The translations under genes were made by a program, and so were the position numbers. From assembly GCA_964036045.1 (NCBI GenBank), contig OZ038378.1:1302001-1366000 (forward strand): DNA of 64,000 bases, in the 5' to 3' direction. The stretch is from Eutreptiella sp. 'Long Island Sound 2002'. Lineage: Eukaryota > Protista > Euglenida. The notes under the pieces are model-generated. The model was not told the DNA's origin and searched no databases. It saw only the letters and a list, made by a program, of their open reading frames with translations. The first letter of the stretch is position 1; each line of letters begins with the position of its first letter. Of this stretch, positions 36,113 through 48,680 are shown in pieces.

Positions 36113-39100
36113 CCTTCGGCCCACTTCTACGGGGGGGGGGGGGTCGCGTCTAAAAGCGAGGGGACAGCCCACCCGTGTTTTGCGCCACCCGGTGGTAGGG
36201 AGCGGCCTTCGAGGAATGGATCCTACAAGCATTCAAACATCTTGCAGTTTACGGAGGGCACCTTTTTGGCTCAGCTTCTAGCCCAAGCTTCCTCCGCTTT
36301 ACGCATCTATTGCCTTCCCCGTGACTAGCACGAATTGTATTTGGACCTTGCGTTCAGGTGATCTTTTTTCTCTTTGACTCGTCTTCCCCTGTTTCCGGGT
36401 GCATTTTGCGGCTCATTTTCTAGTTCCTCTTCTCGTTCTTGATTTGGCCCTGCGTCCTCACCCTGATCTTCAAGGTCACTCAACTCTTCTTGGTCGTCAA
36501 CCAAGTCCTCTTTCTCCACTTCAGGCCCCAAAGGGGCGATGTTTCATTGCTCCGTGCTTAAAGAGTCTTTGAGATGGCAAGGGCTATGAAGCCACTTCCG
36601 ATTCCATCCCCATTTAGGGTACCCCCAGGTCAGCAAGGGTAATGTTGCCTTTTTTTTTTTCCCAATGTTGGCCGCTAAGACAGCAGGGGTTGTATAGCCA
36701 CTTTCACTTTTGCCTATACTTTGGTACCTCCCAAACGGTTATGGGTTACTCAGTTAGGCCTCCAAAAACACTAGTATTGTCTAAGCCTTTCTGATTTTGT
36801 TCCTGCCTCTGGGATTCCCAAGATAGGAAGGGGCAGGTAGCCATGCTCTCCACATCCGCCTTCCAAAGACGTAATGGGTTGTGTCACTTCTGATATGTCC
36901 CTTAGGTTGGGCCCCCCCAAGACCGGAAGGGCGACGGAGCCCATTTCTTGTTGTGCCGTGCTGCGAAAGCATTCAAGGGATAGGGGTTATGTAGCCACTT
37001 TGGATTCGCTCCCCACTTCCGGTCCGCTTTTTATTTGTGTCCTTCAGGGGGTTGCCCAAGCCGCAAGGATTATGTGGCCATTTCTTATTCTACCTTGCTT
37101 CGGGACCTTTGAGAATATAAGGATTATTTAGCCAACGTTAACCCCTTCCCCACTTGGGGCAGCCCCAAGATGGTAGGGGCTACGCAGCCATTTTTGTTTT
37201 CATGCCACTTTTAGGATCCCCAAGGCGGCAGTGGTTATGTAGCTAATTGCCCACATGTCGGCCCCCAAAACGATAGGGTTGTCTTGGCATATTGGACCTT
37301 GTCACAACCTTCAGTATCCAAGACAAGAAGCGCTGTGTAGGCACGTTGTCCACATCCACATTCACAAAACTGAATATGTTGTGTAGGCGCCTTTTTTTTC
37401 TGTTCCCATGTTGAGGACCCCCAATACGGTAGTGGTTATGTAGCATTTTGCTCTTTTCCACAATTCCGGGACCCGCAAGACGGCAGATGTTATCAGACCT
37501 TTCTTTTCGGGTCAGGTGTTGGGAGTGTCATGCCGACCATATTTGCAATTCTGTTCCAACTTGCATACTACTGTATTCGATGTCCAAGAGCACCGCTTTT
37601 GATGACATTACCACAGGGTGTTGTTGCCGCGACTCAGCGCTTGTATGATATTCGGATGGGTACTTCTTGATTTGTTGTTAAATCGGATCGGAGGGGGACA
37701 GTAGTGGGTCAACCCACAATGCTTGCCAAGCTACTTCTTACTTCATAAGGCTTGACATTACCTAGTTTGGGAGTGCAAAAACAGGATTGAAGGGCTATCT
37801 TTGCCATGAAAAGCACACCGGGCTTGGCACTATGAAAGGAAGGATTGAGGCCGTGGAATGGTTCACCCTGAAATGGTCAAGTGCACCCTACAGTGGTAAA
37901 AGAAGACACACATTGCGGCAAATGACAGCTGCAAGAAGGCATGTATTCATGAACTTAACCAATATTTCTATGGATTACGTCAAGCGGCATCACGCAAAGG
38001 CCAGTCTTAGAGTATGATGCATTCAATGGTAGTTAGGGGCTAGTACTTTTTTCCATTACCTCCAAGTGTTAGTGTACCAAGTCCTCTTTTCCGGCCTGCG
38101 GTACCTCCTCAAGTGGGTCTACGAATTGGCACACACACATACACTACTTGAACCACTTTGTTGTTTTGAGCTGCCCGGCATTAGGGAGTGGCCTTGGAGG
38201 GATGGATCCTACAAGCATTCGAACATCATCTTGAACGTTGCGGAGGCTAAGACGGCAGGGGTTATTTACCGACTTTCGCTTTTGCCTCTACTTCGTTAAT
38301 AAGGTAGACCTCCAAAACCACTAGCCTTGTAACATGCTTTCTGATTTTCTTGCTATTGCTGGCATCTTCAAGATAGGAACGGGTGGGTAGGCACGCTTTC
38401 CACATCTGCCTTCCACAGATGGAATGCGTTTTGTCACTTCTATTCTGTCCCCCACTTTGGGGCCTCCAAGACCGTAAGGGCGACGGAGCCCATTTCTTCT
38501 TTTACCGTGTTGCAAGAGCCTTCAAAGAGGCACGGGCCATGTAGCCGGTTTTGATTAGCTCCCCACTTCTGGGACCCAAAGATGGTAGGGGTTGTGTTGG
38601 CATTTTGCCCACATGTGGGCTCCCCATAAGGCAAGGCGTGGGTAGCAGCCGTTGATTTTGTCCCCATGTAGGGGACACCCAAGATGGCAAGTCTACCGCT
38701 GCCACGTTTTCCTCCCTTTATCCCCCCCAAGCCGCAAGCGCGGTGTGGCCATTTCTTACTCGATCCTCCTTGGGTACCTTTTAGCCCACTTTGATTCCTT
38801 CCCCACTTCAGTCACCCCTTAGAGGGTAGGAGCCATGTAGCCATTTTTGATCATGTTCCACTTTGGGGACCCCAAGACGGTAGGAGGTATGTACCCATTC
38901 TTGATTATGATCCACTTTGCGGACCCCGAAGTAGGTTGGGGCTATATAGCCCATTGCCCACACATGGCCTTTCGAAGGGGTAGGGTCGGCTTGGCATATA
39001 TGATCCTGTCGCAACCTTTGGGACCCAACATAGGAGGCATTGGGTCGCCACGTTGTCCACATCCACCTTCAAAAGACTCAATGGGTTGCAGCGGTTTTTT

Positions 39101-41985
39101 TTTGGTGTTCCCGAAAAGGTGACCCCCAAGACGCAAGCGGTTATGTATCCATTTAGTTTCGGTAAAGGCCATGTAGAGGGCAGGCTTATGTAGCAAGTTT
39201 TGCTCTTATGCACACTTCGAGGACCCGCAAAACGGCAGACGTTATCAAACCATCTTTTTTCGCTTCGGAGCCTCATGCCGATCTGATTTGCACTGTTGTT
39301 CCAACATCCCTACTAATCTCTTCCATGTACCAGAACACTAGTTTTCATGACGATACCAGAGGGTGTATATCTCGACTCAACGATCATATGATATTCGGAT
39401 GGCTAGTTTTGGATTTGTATTTGAAGCGGATTGGCGGGGGCTAGCAGTGTGTGAAGGCACAATGCTTTCCAAGTCATTGCTTATGCAATAAGGCTTGACA
39501 TTACCACGTTTGGGAGTACAAAGACATGATTGACGGGCTGCTTTTGCCATGAAAGGTCTAGCACTATGAAAGGAAGGGCTCAACATGCGGACTTGTTCAG
39601 CCTGAATAGGTCAAGTAACCCCCCACACCCCTTGCAACAAATTGCAGCAAACAACCCATGTATTCATGAAGTGAACTGATATTTCTATGAATTATGTCAA
39701 GCGGCATCACAGAAAGGTCAGCCTTATAACATGTCTCAATCCAGGGTACTTCAGGGACAGTGGTTTTTCCCAATACCTCAAAGTGCCGGTGTACCAAGTC
39801 CTCTTTTCCACCTTCTCGGATCTCCTCAAGTGGTTGTATGAATTGGTACACACACATACACTACATGAACCACCTTGTGGTTTGGCACTGCCTGGCGGCA
39901 GGGAGTGGCTTTGGTAGAATGGATCCTCCAAGCATTCAAACACCATCATCAGGGTTATCGAGGCCCGATTCCTGGCTAAGGTTCTAGCTAAAGCTTCCTC
40001 CGCTTTACCTGTCCATCGCCCTCCACGTGACGAGCACGGATTGCGTGTGGAGCTTCCTGTGCGTTCAATTGTTTTCCCTTTGAGCCGTCTTCCCCCATTT
40101 CCATGTCCAATTCTGCGCTCATTTTGTACTTTCTCTTCTTTCTCTTGTTCCGGCTTTGTGTCCTCATCCTCCTCTTCAAGCTTGCTCGTTTTTTTTTGTT
40201 CTGAAACCTGTGCTCCTTCTCCACATCATGCCCCAAGGGGCCGGCGTGGTGTGGCCATCTTCATTGCTCCGTGCTTCAAGACCCTTTGAGATGGAGCGGG
40301 GTCTTTAAGGGACGAGATTTTTTTTTTGTCAAGGACAGCCCCCTAAGGACAGCCCCTAGAGGCCTTTTCGCCCCGGCCTAGCGTGGGCCGTGTCTATCCC
40401 CCGTTTTTGGGGATCGCCGAGAAGGCAGGAGTGACGTAGCAAATCCGCCCTCTTTTGGGCGCCACTTGTGATTCTGCCTCCCGCTCTGAGGCGGAGGGGA
40501 TCCCCGACGCGGCAGGATTTATGTAGCCACCTTGCCCACAAGTGGGCCACATCTGGAGCCACTTTCGATTTTGCCTATACTTCGGTGACCCCCATAAACT
40601 CATGCGGTATTCAGCCAATTGCCCACATATGGACCCCAAAAAACACTAGCCTTGTCTTAGCCTTTCTGATTTTGTTGCTGCTTGCGGGATCCCCAAAATA
40701 GGAAGGGGTCGGTAGCCACGTTGTCGGCATCCGCCTTCCAAAGACGGAATGGGTTGTGTCACCTTTGTTGTGTCTTGAGTTTGGGGGCCCCCAAAGACCG
40801 CAAGGGCGGCTGAGCCCATTATTGCTAGTGCCGTCCTGCATGATCCTTCAAGGAGAAAGTGGTTATGCAGCCGCCTTTGATTCGCTCCCCACTTCCGGTA
40901 CCCACCAGATGGAAGGGTTTGTGTAGGCATTTTGCCCACATGTGGACCGAGGTAGACGGCAAGGGTTTTGTGGCAAATTTAGATCTTTTCCACACTTCGG
41001 GGACCCGCAAGACCGAAGATGTTATGGAAGCATCCCTTTCAAGTTGGGAGCCTCATGCTGATCGGCTTTGCAATGTTGTTGCACCGTCCCCTGCTGATAT
41101 GTTTCATGTCTCAGAGTACCGCTTTTCATGACATGAGCGTAGGGTGTATGTCTGGACTCAACGATCGTATGACATTCGGATGGTGAATCGGCACGGAGGG
41201 GGCTAGTATTGGGTGAAGGCAGAATGCTCTCCAAGGCACTGCTCACTCATTAAGGCTTGACATTACCAAGTTTGGGAGTACAAAGACAGGGTTGAAGGGC
41301 TGCTTTTGCCATGAAACGCACACCAGGTTTGGCACTATGAAAGGAAGGGCCGGGCACGCGGAATCATTCACCCCCAAAGGGTCAAGTACCCCCTATAAAG
41401 TTAGAAGAACACACACATTCTAGCAAATGACGGCTGCAAGAAGGCATGTGTTCATGAACCCCAAGTAATATTTATGTGCATTATGTCAAGCGGCATCACA
41501 CAACAGCGAGGTTTACAGCATCATTCATTCAAGTGTAGTTAGGGGACAACATATTTTCCCATTACCTCAAAGTGCCAGGTCCCAAGTCCAAGTCTCTTCT
41601 TCCAGCTTCCTGGATGTCCTCAAGTGGTTGTATGTACTCGTACGACACATGCACATACAGTAGTTGAACCACTTTGTTTTTGCGCTGCCTGGTGGTAGGG
41701 AACGGCCTTCCAGGAATGCATCCTCCAAGCATTCAAACAAGATCTTGAAAGTCACGGATGGGTGCTTTCGGCTGGACTTCTACCTCAAGCTTCCTCCTCT
41801 TTACCCGTCTATTGCCCTCCCTGTCACTTTCACGACCTGCGTCTTGAGCTTGCTCTTCGGTGAACTTTTTCCTTTTTGAGCCGTCTTATCCTCCCTCCGG
41901 GTGCATCTTTCGGGTCTTTTTCTTCTTCCTCTTCTTGCTCATCATCCCGCCCTATGTCCTCATCCTGCTCTTCAAGGTCGCTCAA

Positions 41986-43175
41986 CCTCTCCCCGAAGCA
42001 TATAAATTTCCATCCGCACCGTGCGCCACCAACGTGGGGTTCGCGGGGTTGGTCCCCTAGACGCGGACCCCCACATTGCCGGGAGGACCCCTGTCCACTA
42101 ACCCCGCGAACAGCGACTGGAGCTCCTAGTCCTCGGCGAGGGTCTTCCACACCTCTGGGGAGGGCCCGCGGCGCTCCGGTGGCTGCTTGTACCACATCAC
42201 GTATGCGGGATGGTGGCAGGCGACGCCCGTGACGATCCATGGCCGGAAGTGCAGTCCCCGGCCCTTGATGCTAGCGCGCCTAACGAGCGGCACCACCTCC
42301 GTCGGAAGATCCGTTGAGACCTCCACCCTCGATCCCCGTGCTGCAGCCTCCATAGGCGCAGGCTCAGGCAGGGCCGCCCCGTTGAGGGGCTTGAGGTGCC
42401 GCCAGGCGTGGTCTTTGCCGAAAGCACCCACATGGAGGCGGTGCACGCCGTCATCCGCCAGAACCGGTGGGTTCAGGCGGCAGACGACCCTGACCGTGGA
42501 CGGCAGGGGGTCCAGCTCCGCGGGGTCCACATCCGGTAGCTCGGCCATCTCCCGCTCGTCGTCGTCATCCGGGCGACGCTCCCAGACAAGTTGCACGACG
42601 TGCCCCGGGAGAGCGGGGTCCGCCACCTCCGGGCAGGCCGTCTCCCAGGGCTGGCGCTCGGTCCGGATCACGCCATGCAGGGAATGCCCGGCACCAAAAG
42701 CCTGGTTTTGGAGCGGCAGAGAGCCTGCAGCAGGGTTGCCACTGTGAGGGCCGCTTTGCTGCCTCTTTGGACGTGCACCAGCGCCGTGACCCGCTTGACG
42801 CCATCATGCGCCGTGATGGCGTCCGCAGCCGCAAGTACCTAGGTATCTTGTAGAATGCCACGGGGAAGTTGCCAAGCCCATCTCGGACGTTGTTGCTGCC
42901 CCTTCTTTTGATGGGCATCTAGGTCCGCAAAGTGGGTCAGTTTCCTCGTCCTACAACTCTTCACGAATCCCCTCACTTTGGCAACCATGGTGTGGTAAGA
43001 AACAAACAAACCATGGTGCGTGGATCACGAAAGCCCACCCCGAAGATGGTACGAAAACCCTACGAAAGGCTAACCTTTTGTACAAAAGGGTGTACGGAAG
43101 GGGTACAAAAGGGTATCCAATGGACCCTTTCGTAGTCCTTTCGTAGTCCTTTCGGACAAGCACCACTACGAAGGG
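41986..43175 (-). mobile_element. 1.19-kb insertion with 19-bp TSD, carrying a decayed GC-rich ORF of unknown function
   Basis: gctcttcaaggtc(g/a)ctcaa flanks both sides (41967-41985 and 43176-43194), whereas older macro-repeat copies (about 32150, 36465) have this site once. Minus-strand coding-like frames span about 42990-42010. Confidence 0.65.
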
Positions 43176-44839
43176 GCTCTTCAAGGTCACTCAAGTCTTC
43201 TTGTTCATCAACCCAATCCTACGCCTCCAGTTCACCCCCCAACGCGGCAACGTGATGTGGCCATGTTTGATTGCTCCGTTCTTCGAGAGCCTTCGAGATG
43301 GCAAAGGCTATGAAGCCATTTGCAATTGCGCCCCCATTTCGGGTACCCCCAATCCAGCGAGGGTAATGTAGCCATGTGGAACCCTCTTATGGCAGGGGTT
43401 ATGTAGCCACATTCCTTTTTGTCCTTCAGGTACGTTGATCCGCAAAAGGTCATGAGTAATTAAGCCAATTGCCCACATAAAGATGTCCAAAAACACGAGC
43501 GTTGTGTAGGCCTTTCTGAGTTTGTTGCTGATTCCGGGGTCCTTAAGATAGGGAGGGCTGGGTAGCCACGTTGTCCACATCCGCCTTCCAAAGACAGAAA
43601 GGGTTGTGCCACTTTTGTTGTGTCTTGAGTTTGGGGGCCCCCAAAGACGGCAAGGGCGACGGAGCCCATTACTGCTGGTACCGTCCTGTGAGAGCCCTCA
43701 AGGAGAAAGTGGTTATGCAGCCGCTTTTGATTCTCCGGTACCCACAAGATGGCAGGGTTTATGTAGGCATTTTGCCCACATGTGGACCCAGGTAGACGGC
43801 AAGGAGTTTGTGCCAAATTTTGATCTTTTCCACACTTCGGGGACCCGCAAGAATGAAGATGTTATGGAAGCATGTTTTTCAAGTTGGGAGCCTCATGCTC
43901 ATGATCAGATTTGCAATGTTGTTCCCAACGTCCCTACTCATGTGTTGCATGTTCCACAACACCGCTTTTCGTGACATGAGCGTAGGGTGTATGTGTCGAA
44001 TCAACGATCGTATGACATTCGGATGGTCAGTTCTTGATTTGCCGTTGAATCGGATCGGAGGGGGCTAGTATTGGGTGAAGGCAGAATGCTCTCCAAGGCA
44101 CTGCTTACTCATTAAGGCTTGACATTACCAAGTTTGCGAGTACAAAGACAGGGTTGAAGGGCTACATTTGCAATGAAAGGCACACCAGGTTTGGCACTAT
44201 GAAAGGAAGGGCCGAGCACGCGGAAGCACTGACCCCCAAAGGGTCAAGTACCCCCCATAATGTTAGAGGAACACACACATTGTAGCATTTGACGCTGTAA
44301 GAGGCCATGTGTTCATGAAATCAAGTAATATTTTCGTGGATTATGTCGGCATCACACAACGGCGAGGTTCACAGCTTCATTCATTCAAGTGTAGTTAGGG
44401 GACAATATATTTTCCCATTACCTCAAAGTGCCAGGTCCCAAGTCCATACCTCTTTTCCAGCTTCCGGGATGTCCTCAAGTGGTTGTATGTACTCGTACGA
44501 CACATGCACATAAAGTATTTGAACCACTTTGTTATTTTGCGCTGCCCGACGGTACGGGTTGAGGAATGGATCCTCCAAGCATTCAAACAACATCTTGAAA
44601 GTTACGGATGGGTGCTTTCGGCTCAACTTCTACCTCAAGCTTCCTGCTCTTTACCCGTCTATTGCCCTCCATGTCACTTTAACGATTCGCGTCTTGTGCT
44701 TGCTCTTCGGTGAACTATTTCCTCCTTCAGCCGTCTTATCCTCTTTCCGGGTTCATCTTTCGGTTCTTCTTCCTCTTCTTGCTCATCATCCCGCCCTATG
44801 TCCTCATCCTGCTCTTCAAGGTCGCTCAACCTCTCCCCG

Positions 44840-45116
44840 CTGTATGTACACTGACCCCTGGATGGCGCGACCTCCAACTCGCCTCCTTCCATTATATCGG
44901 TGCCCTTCGTTGCTGTGGCAATGGCACTTACAGCTTCAGCACCAAGCAAGTGGCATCGACCCAATCTGGAGCATGTGGCACTCGTCAGAGCATGGGCATT
45001 TCTACACATTAAGTGGCAACTTGGGTGCAAGCGTTGGGCGCAGGGCATTGAGAGCACCCAATAAAACTGCAAGAAGGTGCCTGGTCACCGTTGAGAAGCG
45101 GCCCGGAAGGTGCTCC
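44840..45116. other. 277-bp orphan insert of unknown origin
   Basis: Lies exactly between ctctccccg and aagcatata, which are contiguous in the copy at 41990-42003. No other copy was seen in the window. Confidence 0.75.
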
Positions 45117-46265
45117 AAGCATATACCTTTCCATCCGCACCGTGCGCCACCAACGTGGGGTTCGCGGGGTGGTCCCCTCGACGCGGACCCCCACATTGCC
45201 GGGAGGACCTCCGTCCACTAACCCCGCGAACAGCGCTTGGAGCTCCTAGTCCTCGGCGAGGGTCTTCCACACCTCTGGGGAGGGCCCGCGGCGCTCCGGT
45301 GGCTGCTTGTACCACAGCACGTACGCCGGATGGTGGCAGGCGACGCCCGTGACAATCCATGGCCAGAAGTGCACTCCCCGGGCCTTGGTGCTAGCGCGCA
45401 TAACCAGCGGCACCACCTCCGTCGGAAGATCTGTTGAGACCTCCACCCTCGATCCCCGTGCTGCAGCCTGCATAGGCGCGGGCTGAGGCAGGGCTGCCCC
45501 CATGAGGGGCCCGAGTTGCCGCCAGGCGTGGTCTTTGCCGAAAGCACCCACATGGAGGCGGTGCATGCCGGCATCCGCCAGAACCGGTGGGTTCAGGCGG
45601 CAGACGACCTCGACCGTGGACGGCAGGGAGTCAAGCTCCGCGGGGTCCACATCCGGGAGCTCGGCAGCCACGCGCTCGTCGTCGTCATCCGGGCCACGCT
45701 CCCAGACTAGTTGCACGACGTGCCTTGGCAGAGCGGGGTCCGCCACCTCCGGGTAGGCTGTCTCCCAGGGTTGGCGCTCGGTCCGGACCACGCCATGCAG
45801 GGAAGTGCCCGGCACCAAAAGCCTGGTTTTGGAGCGGCAGAGAGCCTGCAGCAGGGTCGCCACTGTGAGGGCCGCTTTGCTGCCTCTTTGGACGTGCACC
45901 AGCGCCGTGACCCGCTTGACGCCATCATGCGCCGTGATGGCGTCCGCAACCGCAAGTACCTAGGTATCTTGTAGAATGCTACGGGGAAGTTGCCAAGCCC
46001 ATCTCGGACGTTGTTGCTGCCCCTTCTTTTGATGGTCATCTAGGTCCGCAAAGTGGGTCAGTTTCCTCGTCCTACAACTCTTCACGAATCCCCGCACTTT
46101 GGAAACCATGGTGTGGTAAGAAACAAACAAACCATGGTGCGTGGATCACGAAAGCCCACCCCGAAGATGGTACGAAAACCCTACAAAAGGCTGACCTTTC
46201 GTACAAAAGGGTTTACGGAAGTGGTACAAAAGGGTATCCAATGGACCCTTTCGTAGTCCTTTCGT
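45117..46265 (-). mobile_element. Second copy of the 1.19-kb insertion (217-aa ORF 45246-45899)
   Basis: Colinear with 41986-43150. The right TSD is lost through a deletion. Confidence 0.7.
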
Positions 46266-48233
46266 CATGAGTAATTCAGCCAATTGCCCACATAAAGACG
46301 TCCAAAAACACAAGCGTTGTGTAGGCCTTTCTGAGTTTGTTGCTGATTCCGGGGTCCTTGACATAGGAAGGGGTGGGTAGCCACGTTGTCCACATCCGCC
46401 TTCCAAAGACGGAAAGGGTTGTGCCACTTTTGTCGTGTCTTGAGTTTGGGGGCCCCCAAAGACCGCAAGGGTGACGGAGCCCATTACTGCTCGTACCGTC
46501 CTGCAAGAGCCTTCAAGGAGAAAGGGGTTATGCAGCCGCTTTTGATTCGCTCCCCACTTCCGGTACCCACAAGATGGCAGGGTTTATGTAGGCATTTTGC
46601 CCACATGTGGACCCAGGTAGACCGCAAGGGAATTTAAATCTTTTCCACACTTCGGGGACCCGCAAGACTGAAGATGTTATGGAAGCATGTTTTTCAAGTT
46701 GGGAGCCTCATGCTCATGATCGGATTTGCAATGTTGTCCCCAACGCCCCTACTCATGTGTTGCATGTTCCACAACACCGCTTTTCGTGACATGAGCATAG
46801 GGTGTATGTCTCGATTCAACGATCGTATGACATTCGCATGCTTAGTTCTTGATTCGCCGTTGAATCGGATCGGCGGGGGCTAGTAATGGGGTAAAGGCAG
46901 AATGCTCTCCAAGGCACTGCTTACTCATTAAGGCTTGACATTACCAAGTTTGCGAGTACCAAGATAGGGTTGAAGGGCTACATTTGCCATGAAAGGCACA
47001 CCAGGTTTGGCACTATGAAAGGAAGGGCCGAGCACGCGGAATCATTCACCCCCAAAGGGTCAAGTACCCCCTATAATGTCAGAAGAACACACACATTGTA
47101 GCATTTGACGCTGTAAGAAGCCATGTGTTCATGAATCAAGTAATATTTTTGTGGATTATGGCCAGCGGCATCACACAACAGCAAGGTTTAAAGCATGATT
47201 CATTCATGTGTAGTTAGGGGAGAGTAGATTTTCCCAATACCTCAAAGTCCTAGGTCCCAAATCCTCTTTTCTGTCTTCCGGGGTCCACTGAAGTGTTTGT
47301 CTGGACTCACACAACACATGCACATGCACTAGTTGACCCCATATGTTATTTTGCGCTGCCCGGCGGTAGGGAGCGGCCTTCGAGGAATGGATCCTCCAAG
47401 CAATGAAAAAACATGTTGAAGGTTACGGATGGGTGCTTTCGGCTCAACTCCTACGTCAAGCTTCTTGCTCTTTACCCGTCTATTGCCCTCCCTGTCACTT
47501 TCATGAACCGCATCCCGAGCTTGCTCTCGGGTGAACTATTTTCTCCTTGAGCCATCTTATCCTCTTTCGGGGCGCAACTTTCGGCTGTTTTTCTTCGTCC
47601 TCTTCTTGCTTATCATCCCGCCCTGTGTCCTCATCCGGTTCTTCAAGGTCGCTCAACCCATCCCACAAGCATATAAGTTTTAATCCGCACGCCTTCTTAG
47701 GTGGACCTAGGTATCTTGTAGAATGCCACGGGGAAGTTGCCAAGCCCATCTCGGACGTTGTTGCTTCCCCTTCTTTTGATGGGCACCTAGGTCCGCAAAG
47801 TGGGTCAGTTTTCTCGTCCTACAACTCTTCACGAACCCCCTGGCTTCGGCAACCATGGTGGTGTAAGAAACAAACAAACCATGGTGCGTGGATCACGAAG
47901 GCCCACCCCGAAGATGGTACCAAAACCCTACGAAAGGATAACCTTTCGTGCAAAAGGGTGTACGGAAGGGGTACGAAAGGGTATCCACTTGACCCTTTCG
48001 TAGTCCTTTCTTAGTCCCTTGGAACAAGCACCACCATTAAGGGACTCTTCAAGGTCACTCAAGCCCTTTTGTTCCCCAACCCCATCCTGCTCCTCCAGTT
48101 CACCCCTCAAAGGGCCGACGTGATGTGGCCGTGTTTGATCGCTACTTTTTTCGAGAGCCTTTGAGATGGCAAAGGCCATGAAGCTATATTCAATTGCGCC
48201 CCCATTTCGGGTGCCCCCAATCCAACCAGGGTA

Positions 48234-48680
48234 GGACGTTTTGGCGTCGGGTATCGAGTATGCGGGAAGACATATTGATGAACGAGCGTGTTTGATGGTG
48301 CGAAAGTTTTGCACAGGTGTAATATGTTGCTTGCCACCTCCCTTGAAGATACTTGACGGTGTACGCCCGACTCGTTACGCTGCTGGTGCAACACATGGAG
48401 TTGCTTTTGTATCTATAATAGTGGGTGCAAGGCCTCGGCGCCACAAATGACGATGCTCTAATTGGTTGTTGTAGTAGCATTATTCGCACCTCTACAGCCG
48501 CAAAGGGCACTTGCAGGATATCATCCAACGCATGTGCGAACTTTCTGTCGAATCCACTTCGGGCATGCGCACGCGGGAGATTGTGGACGAGGCCAACACC
48601 ACGGCCAGTAACAACAAATGATTGCAGCAACTGCCGTTCAACTCAGTGCATACCGCCTGACATGGTTGTGGTAGCGCACA
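48234..48680. other. 447-bp orphan insert at a duplication junction
   Basis: The host repeat breaks after ccagggta (48233) and resumes at cccttcttttgatggg (48681). The sequence is non-repetitive and has a 146-aa minus-strand frame (48190-48630). Confidence 0.75.

Larger units (their letters stand above)
35217..36175. mobile_element. Mutator-like (MULE) non-autonomous element inserted in the macro-repeat
   Basis: 12-bp direct repeat tgttttgcgcca at 35205-35216 and 36176-36187 (TSD). Imperfect G-rich TIRs of about 40 bp (gggggggcgtctcctcgg...acgcgactcccc versus reverse complement gggtgggctgtcccctcg...acgcgacccccc). The macro-repeat resumes seamlessly on both sides. Confidence 0.7.

Noticed and set aside
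35284-36281. Repetitive 100-200-aa ORFs
   Set aside because: Translations of the 170-bp and 48-bp tandem repeats.
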